NCBI GenBank assembly: GCA_013265495.1
Contig: MU058824.1
Coordinates: 558,001-622,000, forward strand
Reading direction: 5' to 3'
DNA: 64,000 bases
Source: Vicugna vicugna
Taxonomy: Eukaryota
The translations under genes were made by a program, and so were the position numbers. The notes beneath the pieces are model-generated. The model searched no databases, was not told where the DNA came from, and saw only the letters and a program-made list of their open reading frames with translations. The stretch's first letter is position 1, and each line of letters starts with the position of its first letter. This document shows positions 13,346 through 27,961 of this stretch, in pieces.

Positions 13346-13799
13346 CTGACTGAGTGAAATAATAAAACTCTCTAAATAGCTACAAATAAATCTGTGCTCA
13401 TGTTTTGCTCTTCACCTGGGCAAGATCTATTCATCCTTCTGATTGCAGATCAACTATTTCTTCAAGGAAGCGTCCCTTTTTACAGCCAGTCTAGATCGTA
13501 TTCTCCTATGGCACTCTATCTTTCCCCTTTGAAGGATAAAACAGGCTGCGACTACTGCCTGCCTCAGCCCCACGGGGCCATGGACTGGGTTTGCTCACCA
13601 CCGTCTCCTCAGCACCCAGCCTACTCACTGCATAGAAATCACCCAATAAATACCTGTTAAGTGAATATGTTAATGGAGGATCGAGGACCTGTAAAATATG
13701 ATTAAATGAATACTAAACAGGTGGGTTGCTCAGAATAAATATATACATTGGCATTACTAAGAAGCTGTCAACAGTAAAGAACTCAACAAACTCGAAAAC

Positions 13800-14070
13800 C
13801 TGCCACATTGGAAGTTTTGGAACCCAGATTTCCTGGATGTAAAGCCTTGCTTTATCACTTATTAGCTGGGTGACTTTCGGTCTGTTTCTGCATTTGTAAA
13901 ACAAGGCTAATACCAGAACTGCCTTATGTCAGGCGAATGTGATAACCACTACACTAATGGAAACCCATGGGAACTGCCTTATAAATTGTGAGAATTGAAC
14001 GAATTACGACACGTGCAGTATTTGGTACAATGCCTCATATACAGTAAGTCTTTAATAAATATTAGCAAGT
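13800..14070 (+). mobile_element. MIR SINE
   Basis: cacttattagctgggtgac...gtttctgcatttgtaaaa...agtaagtctttaataaatattagc. Confidence 0.7.
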
Positions 14071-14511
14071 AGCCTCTATATCCCAAACTCAACTCATTAG
14101 CTTTCCCTTCAAATTAGCCACTCCTGAGTTGGCCTATTAATAATTCCGCAGTCCTCACCATCACTCTCACAATCATGACTAGCAATTCCTTCTCCCCTGG
14201 CTCATCATATTTAATCTACTGCAAGAACTTTGTTATTCTTTCTGTAATGTTCCTTGCCTCTATCTTCTCTCAGTCTCACTGCCTCTGGACCAGGTTTTCA
14301 GTATCTGTTACTCAGATTGTGTGAATAGCTTTTGACTGGTCTCTCTACTTCCCATCTCTGCTGAATCCATCTCAGGTACTTCTAAATCTATTTACTAAAG
14401 AATATTAAACAACACACATGGAGGCCCCTGGGCACAGTGCCTGGCACTGAGTATTTTTAAATGGGAGCTATTATTAGTTTCATGGGATCCTAATTACTGA
14501 AAGTCCCTCAT

Positions 14512-14678
14512 CCCTTGCTACTCAGGTGTGATCCCTGGATCAGCAGCATCAACATCAACTGGGAGCTTGTTAGAAATGCAGACTCTCAGGCCTTGCCCAA
14601 GACCTACCTGATCAGAGCCTGCAATTTAACAAGATGTCCAGTGATTTGTGTGCATGTGAAAACTGAAGAAGCTCTGTT
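14512..14678. mobile_element. MER5A-like element
   Basis: cagcagcatcaacatcaactgggagcttgttagaaatgcagactctcagg core. Confidence 0.8.
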
Positions 14679-15749
14679 ATAATCAATCCCAGACCCCAAA
14701 AGACGCTTGACTCAGTCTGCACCTGGTGTCATTTAGTCTCTTTGTAAACCTCACTCCCCAAGGCAGGAAACTCACCTCTCATGAGTGCTTTTTCTGATTT
14801 CAAAATAGTTCTGTCTATTAAAAGGCTTTTCTTATGTTGAGCTAAATTTTGCCTTTCTACAGTTTCCAGGTCTGCCTCTTAGGCCCACACAAGACACGCC
14901 AAATCATCTTCCTCATGGCAAGGAGCAGGGGATGAAGAAAGGGGTGGTGGTACCATCAGGAGCTCCAAGAAGAAAAAGCAACCTCTTTTGTTTTTGAGCA
15001 GGTCTTGGCGCAGGCCAGCCCAGCAACAGCAATAATGCAGGTCCAGCCAAAGAGGAAGGAGAAGGGGGCTCCTGGGGAGAGATGTGTGTGTAACTCAAAC
15101 ACCAACTAACAAACAGGACTTCCTGTTCAGAGCTCCACTTCTTTCTCTGGGAAGTCATCTCACCGCTACTTCTCATGTAGTAATAACATCCTTTACAGAT
15201 AGGCAGTCCCAGAGACACTGGGCCCACACTGATCAGGAAGCCACAAGTCGGTCAGCAACCCGTACTCAGGCGGTAATAGTTCTTTTCAATCTTCTGTCTT
15301 TGATTTATTAGTGCAGGTGTCTGTCTCCCCAGTGGAACCAAAAGCTCTTTGAGGATAAGGGATTTCACGCCTGGCACATAGCAAATGCTCAGTAAATACT
15401 ACAGAGCCAATCTGAATTGAAATAAGGTCGTTCTCAGGGATTCAGACTATTTTCTAATAACGAGGTGGTGAACTAAAAAGAAGTAATTCAAATTTTCCTA
15501 ATCTGGGAGCCTTTTTGCTATTCATAATTAACCCATTCGTTCAACCAGTATTTGCCTACTGCCAGACACCTTTCAATGCTAAAGTAACTGTAAAGATGAA
15601 TAAGGCTCTCCCTGCCCTTAAGAAACCCTGAGTCTAGTTGGAAAAGAAAGACACAAAGAAATTAATGTGATGTGTACAAACAACTGCAGGGATTCATGAA
15701 CATTTTTATGAATTCTTAGAACAGCTAGCTCTTTCTAGAAGTAAAACTA

Positions 15750-15980
15750 CCATTTAGGATCATAATAATGAACGTTTGTCTAGTATTTTTTCTCTGCAAA
15801 GTACACATTAGCTCATTTAATCTTTACAAGGCACCTACAAGTGGATTTCATCATTCCTGTGAAAAACAAGAAAACTGAGATTCAGAGAGGATAAGGAACT
15901 TGCCCAAGATTGCACAGCTAGGAAGCAGCAGGGTGAAGACTTGAACTCAGTTCTCCAATCTCCAAATCCCACCACAACCC
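15750..15980 (-). mobile_element. MIR SINE
   Basis: gaaaactgagattcagagaggataaggaacttgcccaagattgcacagctagg. Confidence 0.8.
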
Positions 15981-18900
15981 TTCTCTCCTACCTTTTTAGA
16001 AAGCAATATTGCCCTGCCAAGTTTTGGGTTTTCCTTGCAATGTAGCTGATGGCTATATATGACATAAAAACAGGGTAACCAGGTAACCACTGAGAGTGAC
16101 GAAGAGTGCTCTGGGAAGACAGGTGGTGGAGGCTGTGGCAGGATCAGTCACCTGCCGGGTCCTGTCATGTCATTGTTTTATTGCTTCCTGCCCCTGGTTC
16201 TGCTGGCTTTCCTCCTCCTCAATCTTAGAATCTGTGTCCCAGTAAAACCAGGAAAAAGACTACAGAGAAAAGAAAGGAGTCACTTTCTACCTGGTAGAAG
16301 ACATGAGTAAGGAAAAGAAAGCCACGGGGAGCGTTCTTTTAGTGTCATGTTTTATAAAATGGCATTTGGGCACTCAACATTTCCACCACTATCTGGTTCC
16401 ACACTGCCTTTTCAATCTTATTTCCCTTTTTACTATATGGGAAATGCATTTTATTCCAAGGTTAGGCGAAAATCCTAGGCCATAAGATTAATATTACATA
16501 CAATCAATTTTTTTCCCTGAAAATTCTTTAAATTTCCCAAAGGTGCAGGACATGTTCTCAGCTCTCACCACCAGAAGCAGAGAGACTGTGACCCACAGTG
16601 GATTCATGTCTTCTCTCTCAGGCTCACTCTAGGACACACAGCCATCAAGGGTAATAGCTTGCACTCTTTTAATTTTCTGTTGTTTCTACTGAGATTATAT
16701 ATACGATTATAAACATATATCATGTAACTCCACCATATGTGCTTTTCCTCAAAATGTGCTGAAATGTTCCACTGCCATACCCTTGCTATGCTGTTTCCTT
16801 GGCCTGGAATGCCCTTCCTCTAAGTGGCCTCATTTCTTGATGCCACCTCCGTGGGAAGCCACTTATGACCAGTACCTCCATGTTTCTTCACCCACAAAGT
16901 GCTCGCGGTAATCTGGACTTCCCCTGCACTAAATCTACACCTTTAAGGACCTGAGGGCTCACCATCATACACTGAGTTCATGACCTCATCATCATCTATG
17001 ACTTCCTAGAAGATTATACACTTTTTGACAGAAGAATTCACACGGCTCATCCCTGCATCCCTAGAAGCTATCATCCGGTGTTAGGGCCTCAATATTTATT
17101 TAAAGAATGGATACTTATAAAATGGTAATTCCCCACTAATTTTCTATTTGAGGGGCTTCTTATTTATTAAACATAACTAACAGCACCGAGATATCAGTTC
17201 ATTGGTATTCCATCAGAAGCAAAGCATTTCCATCATTCCTACGTCAGGGATGTGGCACCAGCAAAAGGGAGTGATTAGGGTAGATGAACTGGGGACCTAA
17301 AAACACATGGCAACTACAACTGTGGGGAACTCCCTTTTACTGTGAGAAAGGAGAGTGATCTGAAAGAAACCATTTCCTGCCCCACCTCACCACCTAGTTT
17401 TTCACGAGCGCACATAGAAAGAGGAGAGGAAGGAAAAAAAAAATAAAAAGAATTAGAAAAAAAAAAAAGCCAAGTTTGTGCAAACTACCAATACTGTCCA
17501 GATTCTTAATGACTTTCCTGGAAGCAAGACTGGGTAAATTTCTAAGACCTCATTTCCTTTTCATGAGTTCTGAGTGGTTTAGGAGCAATTTGGGGATGAA
17601 TTTTCCAATGCCAATAGCCCAACTGATATTCCACAATCTCCCTTTCTGATCAATGATGCTTATTCAGAAGTCAAGACTTCAAGGGAGCCCATATTCAAAT
17701 GAAAATTAATATCCACAACAATATGCACTGCTGTTGCCCCAGAACTGCCTTTTCTGCCATTTCCTGATGCTTTCACACATTTCAAACCCCCTCCCAACCA
17801 GCACATCACAAAGAGAGTTCCGTGAGATCCAGAAATGAGAGAAGAAGGGCTTTTTTTTTCCTTGGGTGTTGCAATCACAGCACCTGTAACAACCGGTTGT
17901 GCACAGGCTGTAGGACTGAGCGCAGGAATCAGAACCACCCCACCGAGGACTGGGCCCACTGTAAGTGCCCGGTGAGTGCAGCTGGATTCCTTTAATATCA
18001 TTGTCCTTCTTCAAGCCTCTCTCAAGCATCCAAGGAGATACCTGTCAAACACACTGCCGTCTAAGGCCACCACTTGTTTCCTCATGTCTCTGAGTTTGAT
18101 TTTGGACTGCCTAGGGCTTGAGGAAGGGGCAGGCACGTGCCTAATTTGAGGGAATCCCTGTCACCATCCCTCCACAATGGAACATAGGTGGATAGAGTGC
18201 CTGTTCTGAATCTAGTTTGGCTGCATTGCGAACCTGGTTTTCTGTAATCCTAATGTCACCTGATGGGATAGATGTTATTACTGCCATTTTACAGATAGGG
18301 AAACTGAAGTTCAGAGGAATGAAATGCATTTCTCAATAAACATTACTTATTAAATGCAGGGGCCCAGGTTTAAACCTGGAGGTGCTGGTCTCCAAAACCC
18401 ATGCAATTTCTGCCTCACCAAACTGCCCCTTCTCTGAGCAAGGCTTTAGATAAATGGGCAGCGGCTGAGCAGCTATAACTGCTGGACACACAGCAAACTG
18501 GAGGCAGATTCAGGGCTAACACCACCTTCTCCTGATTCCTGTTCTGTCCTCTCTGCACTGAAATGTCAGTCTCTCCCGGCTGGGACTGCCTGGCACCCAT
18601 CTACCGTGACTTCTACTGAAAGGGTAAAACAAACAAGACATAGGCCTCAAAGACCTTCTCTTGAGGTACACCTCTCACACCTGGACTGGCCTTTTCCCTT
18701 TTAGTCTCTTTCCTGTGAAAATCTGTTCTCAAAACCAGATATCAGGATAGACCTTCCTAAAATGCAAGCCTGTCCATGATGCTTGTCTGGTTAAAACTTT
18801 CTGTGGATCCTAATGGCTTTAAAGATAAACTCTAACCTTCTCACCTAAGTGTGAAAGGTTCTTCATGCCATGCCCCACCCTAACCTATCACAACAGTCTC

Positions 18901-20917
18901 ATTTCCCCCTCACTCTATTTTTTTTTTAGACATTTCCTTTCTGAAACTTACCATAACCATATTTTCAATGGTTTTAGCAAATTTTTATTTATGTCTAGAA
19001 TTCTCACTCCATCTATTTTAACCAGGAGACATCCTATGCTTTTGTCGAGAACCAGCTCATGTTACCTCTTTTGAGAAGACCACCCCCAGAGGGGTCCCTC
19101 AGCACTCTGCCCACTCCCACACCCACCACGGCACTCAACACCCTGTATCACATGGATCCGTCTGCATGTTCTATCTCCTCCAGGGATGCCTGTTACCATC
19201 TCTGAAAACCCACTGACATGCAGCAGAGTGCCTAGATCAGGGAACACTTGGTGATTAACTACATGCAACACTCATCTCCACAGAGACGTGGCAACGTGCT
19301 GGCTTTATTTACTGAAAGCAAAGGCTGGCTCTAGCTTTTGTATGTTTTTTAAAATTAACTAAATATCATACTTCCTAGTTTTGAAAGTGTAACTCTCCTA
19401 GGAGAATCCGAATGGTTTTGAAATTGAACTGAAGAGTTTCAGTTAAAAGTTAGCCTTTGAACCAATTTCATTCCAATTGTGCTGCAGTAATATGCTTGTG
19501 CCTTAAACCTGCTTATTTTCTTCAGGTTCTCCCTTATGGATGCCATTCGAAAGCCCTCTAAATCAAGTCCACACTCTTGGAGACTGCAGTTTGTTTTTGT
19601 TTTGTTAATGGCTCCCTTGGAAGTCTCTGGCAGCCCCCATTAAAAGAAGGGAGTTTCTCATCCAGGACCAAAGACCAGGAGGAGTCAGGTTCCACTCGGA
19701 ACACTGAGGGAACATGCTAGTGTCTGATTCCTCCCACAGTACATGCCTTTACTCTACTTGGCCTTCAAGTAAACTGTTCAGTGATGAACCAGCCTCGCCT
19801 CTTACGATACTCCTACACATCTCACTTTAGCCAACAGGAGATGTCCCAAGAAGGTGCATATAAACAACGCACATTTCTGATGCATCAGAAAGAAGGGCCC
19901 ATCTGCACCACAGGATGCTTTTGGACCTCTGTGAAACTCATCACCTGCCTGAGAAACTTGTTTTCCGTAGCCAAGAGTATATCAAGAATCTGAAACCCCA
20001 TCCTCAGTCCAGCAGCCTAGCCTGTGCTTGGGTCCCATGAAAAGGGTGGGAGGTGAACCCTGGGTCTGGCTAGCCTTTCTGGAGCCTCTACCTATTGTCA
20101 CTGCCTCACTGCCCCAGTCTGATCAAGAAGGATGAGACAGCACAGGAAACTCTGAAAGTATGAAGGAGCAAAGGGGAGCTGGGGCCTGGGGCCCAGAGGA
20201 GCCACAGGGAGATAGTGTCCCCTCTCTCACCCACTGTGCCTTCCTCTTTCTTCCTTTCTCTCTCATTCTGTCTTGAAATCCTGTATCTCCCAAAAGATAG
20301 AGAGGGAGACATCTAGGGGGAAAAAGGAGTAATATAGAAGTTGAATATGTTTAAGGCTTCTGGTTCTCAACCCTTAAAAATTGTTGAGTAGAACCATTTT
20401 TGCTTTATACTAATTTTCCTCAGTCCTCTGTCAATCAAAGTTGCTAAATAAAGTTGTAAACAAATAAAGGTGTGTTTTAGGTGTGTGTAGTGCTTTGGGT
20501 TTACTCTGGGTTACTAGCCAAGGACTGGGAAGAGGGGATGACTCGCCTCTCCGCCGCACAGGGATAGGCTGGTTAAGGTAATCTTCCTTCAAACCTCCCT
20601 GTGAAACTGACCCTGAAACAGCTAGTCCAACAGTCCACAGAGCTCCTGTGGAAACTGGAAATTTAGACTGTCATGTATTGGGTTTGTGGACAATAACCAA
20701 ATAGACGAACCCTTTTTCCTGGAAGTTCCTGACAGTAAGTGCAGATGTATGTCTCTTGGTTGAAACTAGGGTAAACTTAGCAGATTTCTGAAAAACAGCA
20801 GTCATTTTCCTAATTTTCTGGTGTGTGTGTGACAGCCAAAGCCAGAATCCATGTGATACCAGGAAAGGGGAGGGGGGGGGACACAGTCACTTGGGGTCAC
20901 AGCGGGGTGGTGCTTAC

Positions 20918-21096
20918 CTGTGATCATACTCAGTGCTGACAGGCAGGCTAAGGCTTGGATATCAAGGTTCAGGCTCTGCAAACTTAAGGAAAAGTCTTTA
21001 ATGGAGTCGAGCCACTCCCCAAATCCACGAAGGCACTGAAGTCGATGCAGGACAAGTCCATTGCAGAATACAAACTTATCTTCAGCAGTGTTCGAC
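20918..21096 (-). CDS. NR4A3: NR4A3 exon 7: ligand-binding domain
   Basis: gtag|GTCGAAC...ACAG|gtaagc; 179 nt; [35 protein letters not shown]...LSMIT. Confidence 0.99.
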
Positions 21097-22525
21097 CTAC
21101 AAGAGAAAGCCATGGTGGGTGGGGGATAGAGATCTAATAAATAGGGCTGTTCAGTCTGTCCAGTGGGATAACATCATAACACCCAGGCACCAGACAGCCA
21201 GGGGGCAGCGTTCAAAACTCAGTGTGGTGCTGTGAAACCTGCCCAGACACCCTCAAGAACAAGACGGTGAGCATTAGCCCTGGGGATGCTCAGACTATGG
21301 TGTCTGCTTTCTCACTGCTAGAAGCAGTTGCTGGCTCACCTTGGGACAGGACCCGAGGAGGAGCAAGCACTTGTGGATGGTGGAGGTGGAGCCCAGTGCC
21401 CCATCTCTCTCTGTGGTGAACATGAGACTGCTCCCTTCAGTGCTCCTTCACCAGAATTTCTCTTTCATTTTCTTAAATGTCAAAAACTGATAAGGCCTGA
21501 GGCTAGACACTACAATTCCATTGTGCAGACTCTAAAAACACCAAGTCCCTGCAAGCGCCAGAAGTCAATCACAAACTGAAAAACAGTCTAAAGTTAAAAG
21601 AAAAAAGCTTTTATTTTGTGTCATGTTCTCTGCTTTTAACAGTGGGGCTGTAGAAGGCTATTTCTAAATCTGTCGTGATAGTTTATATCATGTCCATCAA
21701 CATCCCATTCTTTTCTCATAAAAGGCGTCCTGGAACTGCCAGTTAGCACCACTTTGCAGGGGGGCCTTGGGCACTCTTTTAATCTTTCTGAATTTCCTTT
21801 TCCTTATCTATAAAACAGGGATTTTAATTGCTACCTCCAAAGAATCCTGTGGGAATTAAATAAAACAAAGGATTTGAAAGCCTTTGCATAGTGCCTGGTA
21901 TACAAGGAGAGCCCAACGAATGTTACATGCAACTAATTCTGAATTGTAGGTGGTCCTTGCCTTAGCCTGAACTTTCCTTTAATTTTCAAATCTCTTGACA
22001 CATATTTCTCTCTCTTGGCCTATTGCATTAATAAGTTCATGTCTCTTTAATTGTGCTTCTTGGATGAGAGCTTTATTTGTTCATTCACTCAGCAAGTATT
22101 TCCTGAGCACAAAGTATGCACCTTTCCTCAGCCAGGCACTGGAGAACACCTGGTGAATGGGGCCTATATGGTGCCTGTCCTCCTGGAGCTTATCACCTAC
22201 TTAATCCTCTGCTGCCTGTCCACTAGATGACAGTCACGTTGCTGGCTCAGCTTAGCTCCGGCACACACAGGATTGGCTGTAATTTTGCTAATTATTGGCA
22301 GTCTCTTTGTAACCCCACCTCGGTCTCTCCCATAGATCCCTCCACAGATGCACATATAGGACAGGGTGATTCAATCTCAGAATTTAAAATCTGGAACTCA
22401 AACTACCAGCATCAGAATCACTGGATCATGACTTTAAAAATGCAGATTTCTAAAGGTAGATCCAAACCAAAAGAGCTGGTACCAGGACATGGGAATTTGC
22501 ACTTCAAATGAGTTTCTGGTAACAC

Positions 22526-22626
22526 TATATATATATGTGTGTGTGTATACATACATATACATATACACATATGTATATACACATATACATATATGTGTGT
22601 GTGTGTATATATATATATGTATATAA
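22526..22626. repeat. Compound (TA)/(TG)/(CATA) microsatellite
   Basis: ~100 bp of alternating purine-pyrimidine sequence. Confidence 0.95.
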
Positions 22627-22959
22627 AATAAACTGAAAGGAAACAAGGAAGACAGAATTTAAAACGCTAATTGTGGACTTCATGAGAGAAGTTTAAATCC
22701 CAGGTTCCGGCTCTTTGAAAAATCAGTTCCTCTTTGTGTTTGATGTCACTGAGTATAATCAGTTGAGCCAAATCTTTTGATCCAGAAGCTATTATTCTCT
22801 TGGAGTGAACACTGGGAGTTGAGATGCTGTGGGAAGTCTTTAGCGCCCCATCTGGTGTGTTAGAACCATCACTTGTTAAACAGAAAACTCCAAGGGAAAT
22901 GCAAGGTTCAAAACAAATACTTGCTCCCAGGAAATACTTTATGCACCCTGAGAATCTTC

Positions 22960-23150
22960 CTGGAATCACAGAATGTTGGAGCTACAACAGCCTTTAGAGA
23001 TCACCAAATCCAACCTCCTCATTTTACAAAGAAGGAAACAAAATTTCTGGTGAAGCAAATGACCTGCTCAGGGTCTTACAGAAAGTCCACATTACAATTG
23101 AGACTAGAACCCAAGAGTCTGGCTACCTGCCCAGTGCTCCAGCCACTGCT
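22960..23150 (-). mobile_element. MIR3-like SINE
   Basis: cctttagagatcaccaaatccaacctcctcattttacaaagaaggaaac. Confidence 0.75.
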
Positions 23151-23291
23151 CAGTTTTTTTAATGTCTGGCCATATTTCATATTTCCTTCTTGAGCAAACT
23201 TTTCACCAACGACTTAGTTACCAACACAGCAGGTTTCAAACTTCTTCACAGGAAGGAGTGGACTGAAGGAAGATAAAATAATAGTAATTAC

Positions 23292-23491
23292 CTGATGGAA
23301 AGTCTGAGAACAAACAGCTCCAAAAAGGCTGATTCTATAAGTAAGGTCTGATCTTCTTTGGGGAGATCAGTAAATCCAGGAATCTTTTCTGCCCAGCTTC
23401 TGGATACTTCAATGGAGGCGGTTAGGAGGTTGTAGAACTGTTGCACGTGCTCAGCGTCTGTGCCTGCAGCGGCCTGGTCAGCGGGACAGTA
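23292..23491 (-). CDS. NR4A3: NR4A3 exon 6: ligand-binding domain
   Basis: Absent from the ORF track; translated by hand. ccag|TACTGTCCC...ATCAG|gtaatt; 200 nt; [67 protein letters not shown]. Confidence 0.98.
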
Positions 23492-23726
23492 CTGGAATGC
23501 AAGCCACAGACTGCAGTGTTATCTCAGTCCAACAGGGATCACAGCATCATTTGCAAATTTCTTTTCCAAGACTGTCAACGATTAAATCCTTACTTTTAAG
23601 TCCCACAGTTTATAAAACCTTTTTGCATTTACAGTCTCATCGGATTCTCACAATAGCCCTGTGACCTGTGAACAGCTAATTCTGTTCCAACTTAACAGGC
23701 AAAGAAATTTGCTTAAGTCCCGTGAG

Positions 23727-24172
23727 TGCAGGGGTTTTCAATCCTGACTGCAGTCATCTGGGGGGCTTTAAAAAACACTCATGTCTGGGTCTTAGCCACA
23801 GAGATCCTAATTTCACTGGTCTGGGATGGGGACTGGTTATCAGGAATTTTAAAAGCTTCCCAGGTGATTTCAAAGGGCTGCCGGAATGTTGAGAACCATT
23901 ACTCCAGGGGATGGTGTCTGTGTGGGCCTCCACGATCTACTGATTCCTTAAGGCACAGCTGTCTCCAAACAAGATGCTTAATTAACCCATGGTTCTCAAA
24001 TGGTGGTCCCTGGACAAACAGCTTCAGCAACACCAGGGAATGTGTTAGACCTGAAAATCTCCAGCCATGCCCCAGACCTACAGAATCAGAAACTCTGAGG
24101 GTAGGCCCAAGAAACAGTTTTATCAAGATCTCCAGGTGAATTCTCATGCACAATGAAGTTTGGGAATCAAGG
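23727..24172. mobile_element. Two adjacent MER5-family elements (~23727-23901, ~23987-24172)
   Basis: ggttttcaa...gttgagaaccatt and catggttctcaaa...tttgggaatc termini with MER5 cores. Confidence 0.75.
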
Positions 24173-24309
24173 GATTAACCAACAGGAGAAGAGAATGATT
24201 TGTGCTTGCTATAGATGGATTTCTGAGAGATAAAACAAACAAGGAAGGGTGAGGGAGGAGTGTCTCCTTGGCAGGGGCCAGGCAGCTGTGTGCCATCAGA
24301 CTCAGGACT

Positions 24310-24447
24310 TGTGGCTACTTAAATTAAGAATTAAATAAAATTCAAAATTCAGCTCCTCTGTCATACTAGCCATATTTCAAGTGCTCGGTAGCCACTGCGG
24401 TGTAGAACATTTCCATCACGGCAGGACATTCTATTGCACGGCATTGA
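24310..24447. mobile_element. MER3/MER33-like hAT fragment
   Basis: aaaattcagctcctctgtcatactagccatatttcaagtgctc...tagaacatttccatca. Confidence 0.7.
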
Positions 24448-25199
24448 TCTAGAGGGCCCCAGGAGAAGAAAGGTACAAACAGGAATAGTCTCTTCGCAGC
24501 TTTTAGATATGCTGAGAGAGCCAGGGTTTTGCCTGAATCATTGGAGGGAAATCTTCCCTGCTTCAGGCAGGAAGATTGATACAGCAAGATAATAATCAAG
24601 GGACAACCGACAACACAGAGACTTAAGAGATGTACAAAATATGCATGTCACTGCCTTCATGCCAGCACAGCTGCATGTGCTTTTGTGTCTCTTTTCCCAG
24701 TTGACCTTCCTGGGGAGTGGTTCTGAATCCTTGTTTTACAGATGAGGAAACTGGGGCTCAAAGAAGCTTGGAGAGGCTAACAGACATTCCCAGGTTACAT
24801 AACAGTGGCACAGCCAAGACTTAAACGTGGTCCTCTGATTTCCAGTCCTATACCTCCTGGCTGTTAGTATGCCTGATGTTACTTGCTGGTAGCCCATAGG
24901 ATAGTTTTAAAAAGCATTTCGCTTGCCTCTAATTGGAGTTCTCCATGTATGTATACATTTGGTCCCATATTTTGTCAACACAGTGACTAGCACATAATTG
25001 ACCCTCAGTAAATAGTAGTAGAATATTGTTCAAGTAAAGAATAGTCAGTGGAATGCCTAAGTTTGCCACAACACCCTAAGCTGGCTGGAGGAGAAACAGC
25101 CAATAAGCAGTCAGGTGCTCACTGTACAACTACTTAGGTCTGAGGAAATGAGGCACTTGTCTTAGTTGGGTCTTTCTTTTTCCTTTGTGTTTTCCCAAG

Positions 25200-25460
25200 A
25201 GGCAACATGAAATGACAAAAGAAACATCAGACAAGGAGCCCAGCTACTTTAATCCTAGATTTGTCTAGACCCTAACTTGTGAAATAATGTAGCCCTGCTG
25301 CTATAGTTATCTGAGGTAAATTACTTCACTTTTCTGAGCCTCAGTTTTCTCCTCTGTAAAATGGGGATAATATCTTCCACAATGTTTTGTTGAGGTGATT
25401 AAATATGATAATGTATGCAAAGGACTTGACCCACAGAACATGTTTAACAAATGATTACAG
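25200..25460 (+). mobile_element. MIR SINE
   Basis: ttacttcacttttctgagcctcagttttctcctctgtaaaatggggataata. Confidence 0.8.
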
Positions 25461-27961
25461 TGATATTGCTAATGGTTTTGATACTTGGAATTATCACTGT
25501 CCCTCAGCTTCCATATTTATTACACGGAGGAAGGGGTTGAACCAGGTTTCTAATTTTCAGCCCTGACTTTCTAGATTCCTATATCAGATCCAGTTCCAAG
25601 TCCTTGTTCCTCTGTTCCCAATAATCCACCGAGGGCCTGGGTTCTATGAAGCCCTGGATGTTCTATGTTGTAATGGACCAGGAGAAGGAAACAGTCCACC
25701 TTCCCATGGAGATTCAAGGATGAGAGCATGATTCTAGTGTCACAGACACTATCCACTACCTCCTTTCAACACACATACTATTAACTGGAGGAGAATGGGG
25801 AAAAAAGATTTTATTTTATTTTTTAACTTTCTCTTCTTATATAAATCTAATTCCATATGCTCTCCAAGGGCAGGATGAAATTCAGGGCAGAACCGTCTTT
25901 AGAAAGCTGATGGCACTACGTGTGAAACTCTCAGGTAATTCAGAGTCGAGGAAAGGAAGTTGGATCAGGCAGCAGGTCAGGGGGTCCTCTTCTAGGCTCT
26001 AGCACTGACTTGCTGTGCAGCCTTAGAAAAACCACTTAACTTCTCTGGGTCTATTTCTGCCTCTAAAGTAGGAAGCAACTGGACCAGCTGATTCCTAAAA
26101 TTCCTTCTGGCTCTTGTATTCAGCTATCTTTCTGTTACTGACTTCTAGTTTAATTCCACTGTGTGTTCGATGGCAGACACTGCATGATTTCTATTCTTTT
26201 AAATCTGTACAGGAATGTTTTATGGCCCAGATTTCATCATTTATCCTGGTGAAGGTTCCATGTTATGGCTCTTGAATTTGATGATTCTAAATGTTGAGAA
26301 TCACACCAGGTATGATGGTATTGCCTAGAATTTGACACTGACTCAGCATTATTTTGTTGTAAAATAGTATAAGTGGAGAGAAAAAGACTAAAGGATGTTA
26401 AGGAGTAGGACCTAACAGCTCCCTCCTGCACTGATGTCCCTGAAGCCATGGGTAACAACTCGATAATCTCTCTGCTTCCATCATTTGCTCAGACTCCTCC
26501 AGAGCACTCAGCTTTCACCAGGGTCCTCTGCAGGCCTTCCCCCTGCTGGGCTCACATTTCATGCATTCTGAACATAGGGAAATGTCATCCCTGCCTACCC
26601 TGCATATACAGTTTTCTTTGATAGAGTCCAGCAAGGGGGAAAGCCAGCAGGCCCTGTGTGCCAGTCCCTCTGGTCTTCACCTGCAGTGATTCTGGTCCAC
26701 GTTCCAGAATTCTGGAGCCAAACTGAATTCAGCCTGAGCCAAGAGTAACTTGGGGGTGACTGGAGGGTCAGCATGGACTGCTGAGGGGAAAAGATAAACC
26801 AAGTATCCTCTCTACTAAATAAAAGATTTAAAGAAACAGAACAAAATGTTTTAGATTCTTTCTCTGCCTGGCCTAGCAGTTTATAAAGATCTCACCAAGG
26901 AATACTGGATGTAGAGTTGGGAGAACCTGACCCCCATCTCTGCTTCTGTACTCCCCTAACCTCACTCTGTCTATGAGCTAAGCAGTTTGAGGTTCACCAA
27001 AGAAAATCTAGAAATATCTATTTACTGATCATTCCAATTAAACACAGGCCAAATAGAGAAAGACTTTCAAAATGAATCTTTTTTCCTATTTAGGCTAACT
27101 TTTTCTTCCAGCATATATGGATAACTGATTCATCAATACTCAGGCTTCACCACTAGTCAAAGACACAGTATTAACACTTATTGACAGCTAATGTCTAATG
27201 CAGATTTCTCCAAAGAGAATGAGGTTCTAGAGCTGCAAACAATGGATGCTATTTAAACTAAAGGGAGTCTACATGTTTTAAATGGCAGTAACACGGCTGT
27301 ACAGGTCAGACTTCAGCCACAATCTAGGCTGAAAATAAATCGTTTGGGAATTATGTGAGACCCTTGGTGAACACCAGCCCTAAAATTTAGCAGTGTGATG
27401 TTTTCATAGCAGAGTAGAATCTGCCATTTATCTCACTGTCAATCCCACTAACTATGTGAAATATCCTAAGAACATTTTACCTCCTCTTAGAATGTTACTT
27501 TTCCCTGAGCCCTTATATTTCTTTATATTTTAGATATTACCATTCCATGAGCTAAACTATATATACATATTCATAGGTTCTTACACTTTAAAAAGTGACA
27601 CTTAAAAAAAATTGGCAATGAGTACATCTTGCCCCCAATTTCTGCTTTTCTGATCTAATTGCCTCCCCCTACTTAAAAAAACAAACAAACAAACAAACAA
27701 AAAACCAAAAAAACCTCATCTCCCTGCCAATGGCACCACTACCGTTAAACATTTGTTTACTTTCTCCTTCACTGGCCTGTAAGCCCCATAAGGGCAGGTG
27801 CTTTGTTGTGTTCAATAATGTGTCCACTGTTCTGGAAGAATTGTTAAATCAATCGATTACCTTCTGTTAAATTTATCTCTATTGCTCATTCCTTCTCAGC
27901 CCCAAGAAAGCTGGGAAATAGGAGATTTGAGGTAAAACTGAATTGTTCTTATGAGACTACA

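Noticed and set aside
22841..22860. CTCF-like CACCAGATGGGGCGCTA
   Set aside because: Spacing between the half-motifs does not fit the consensus.
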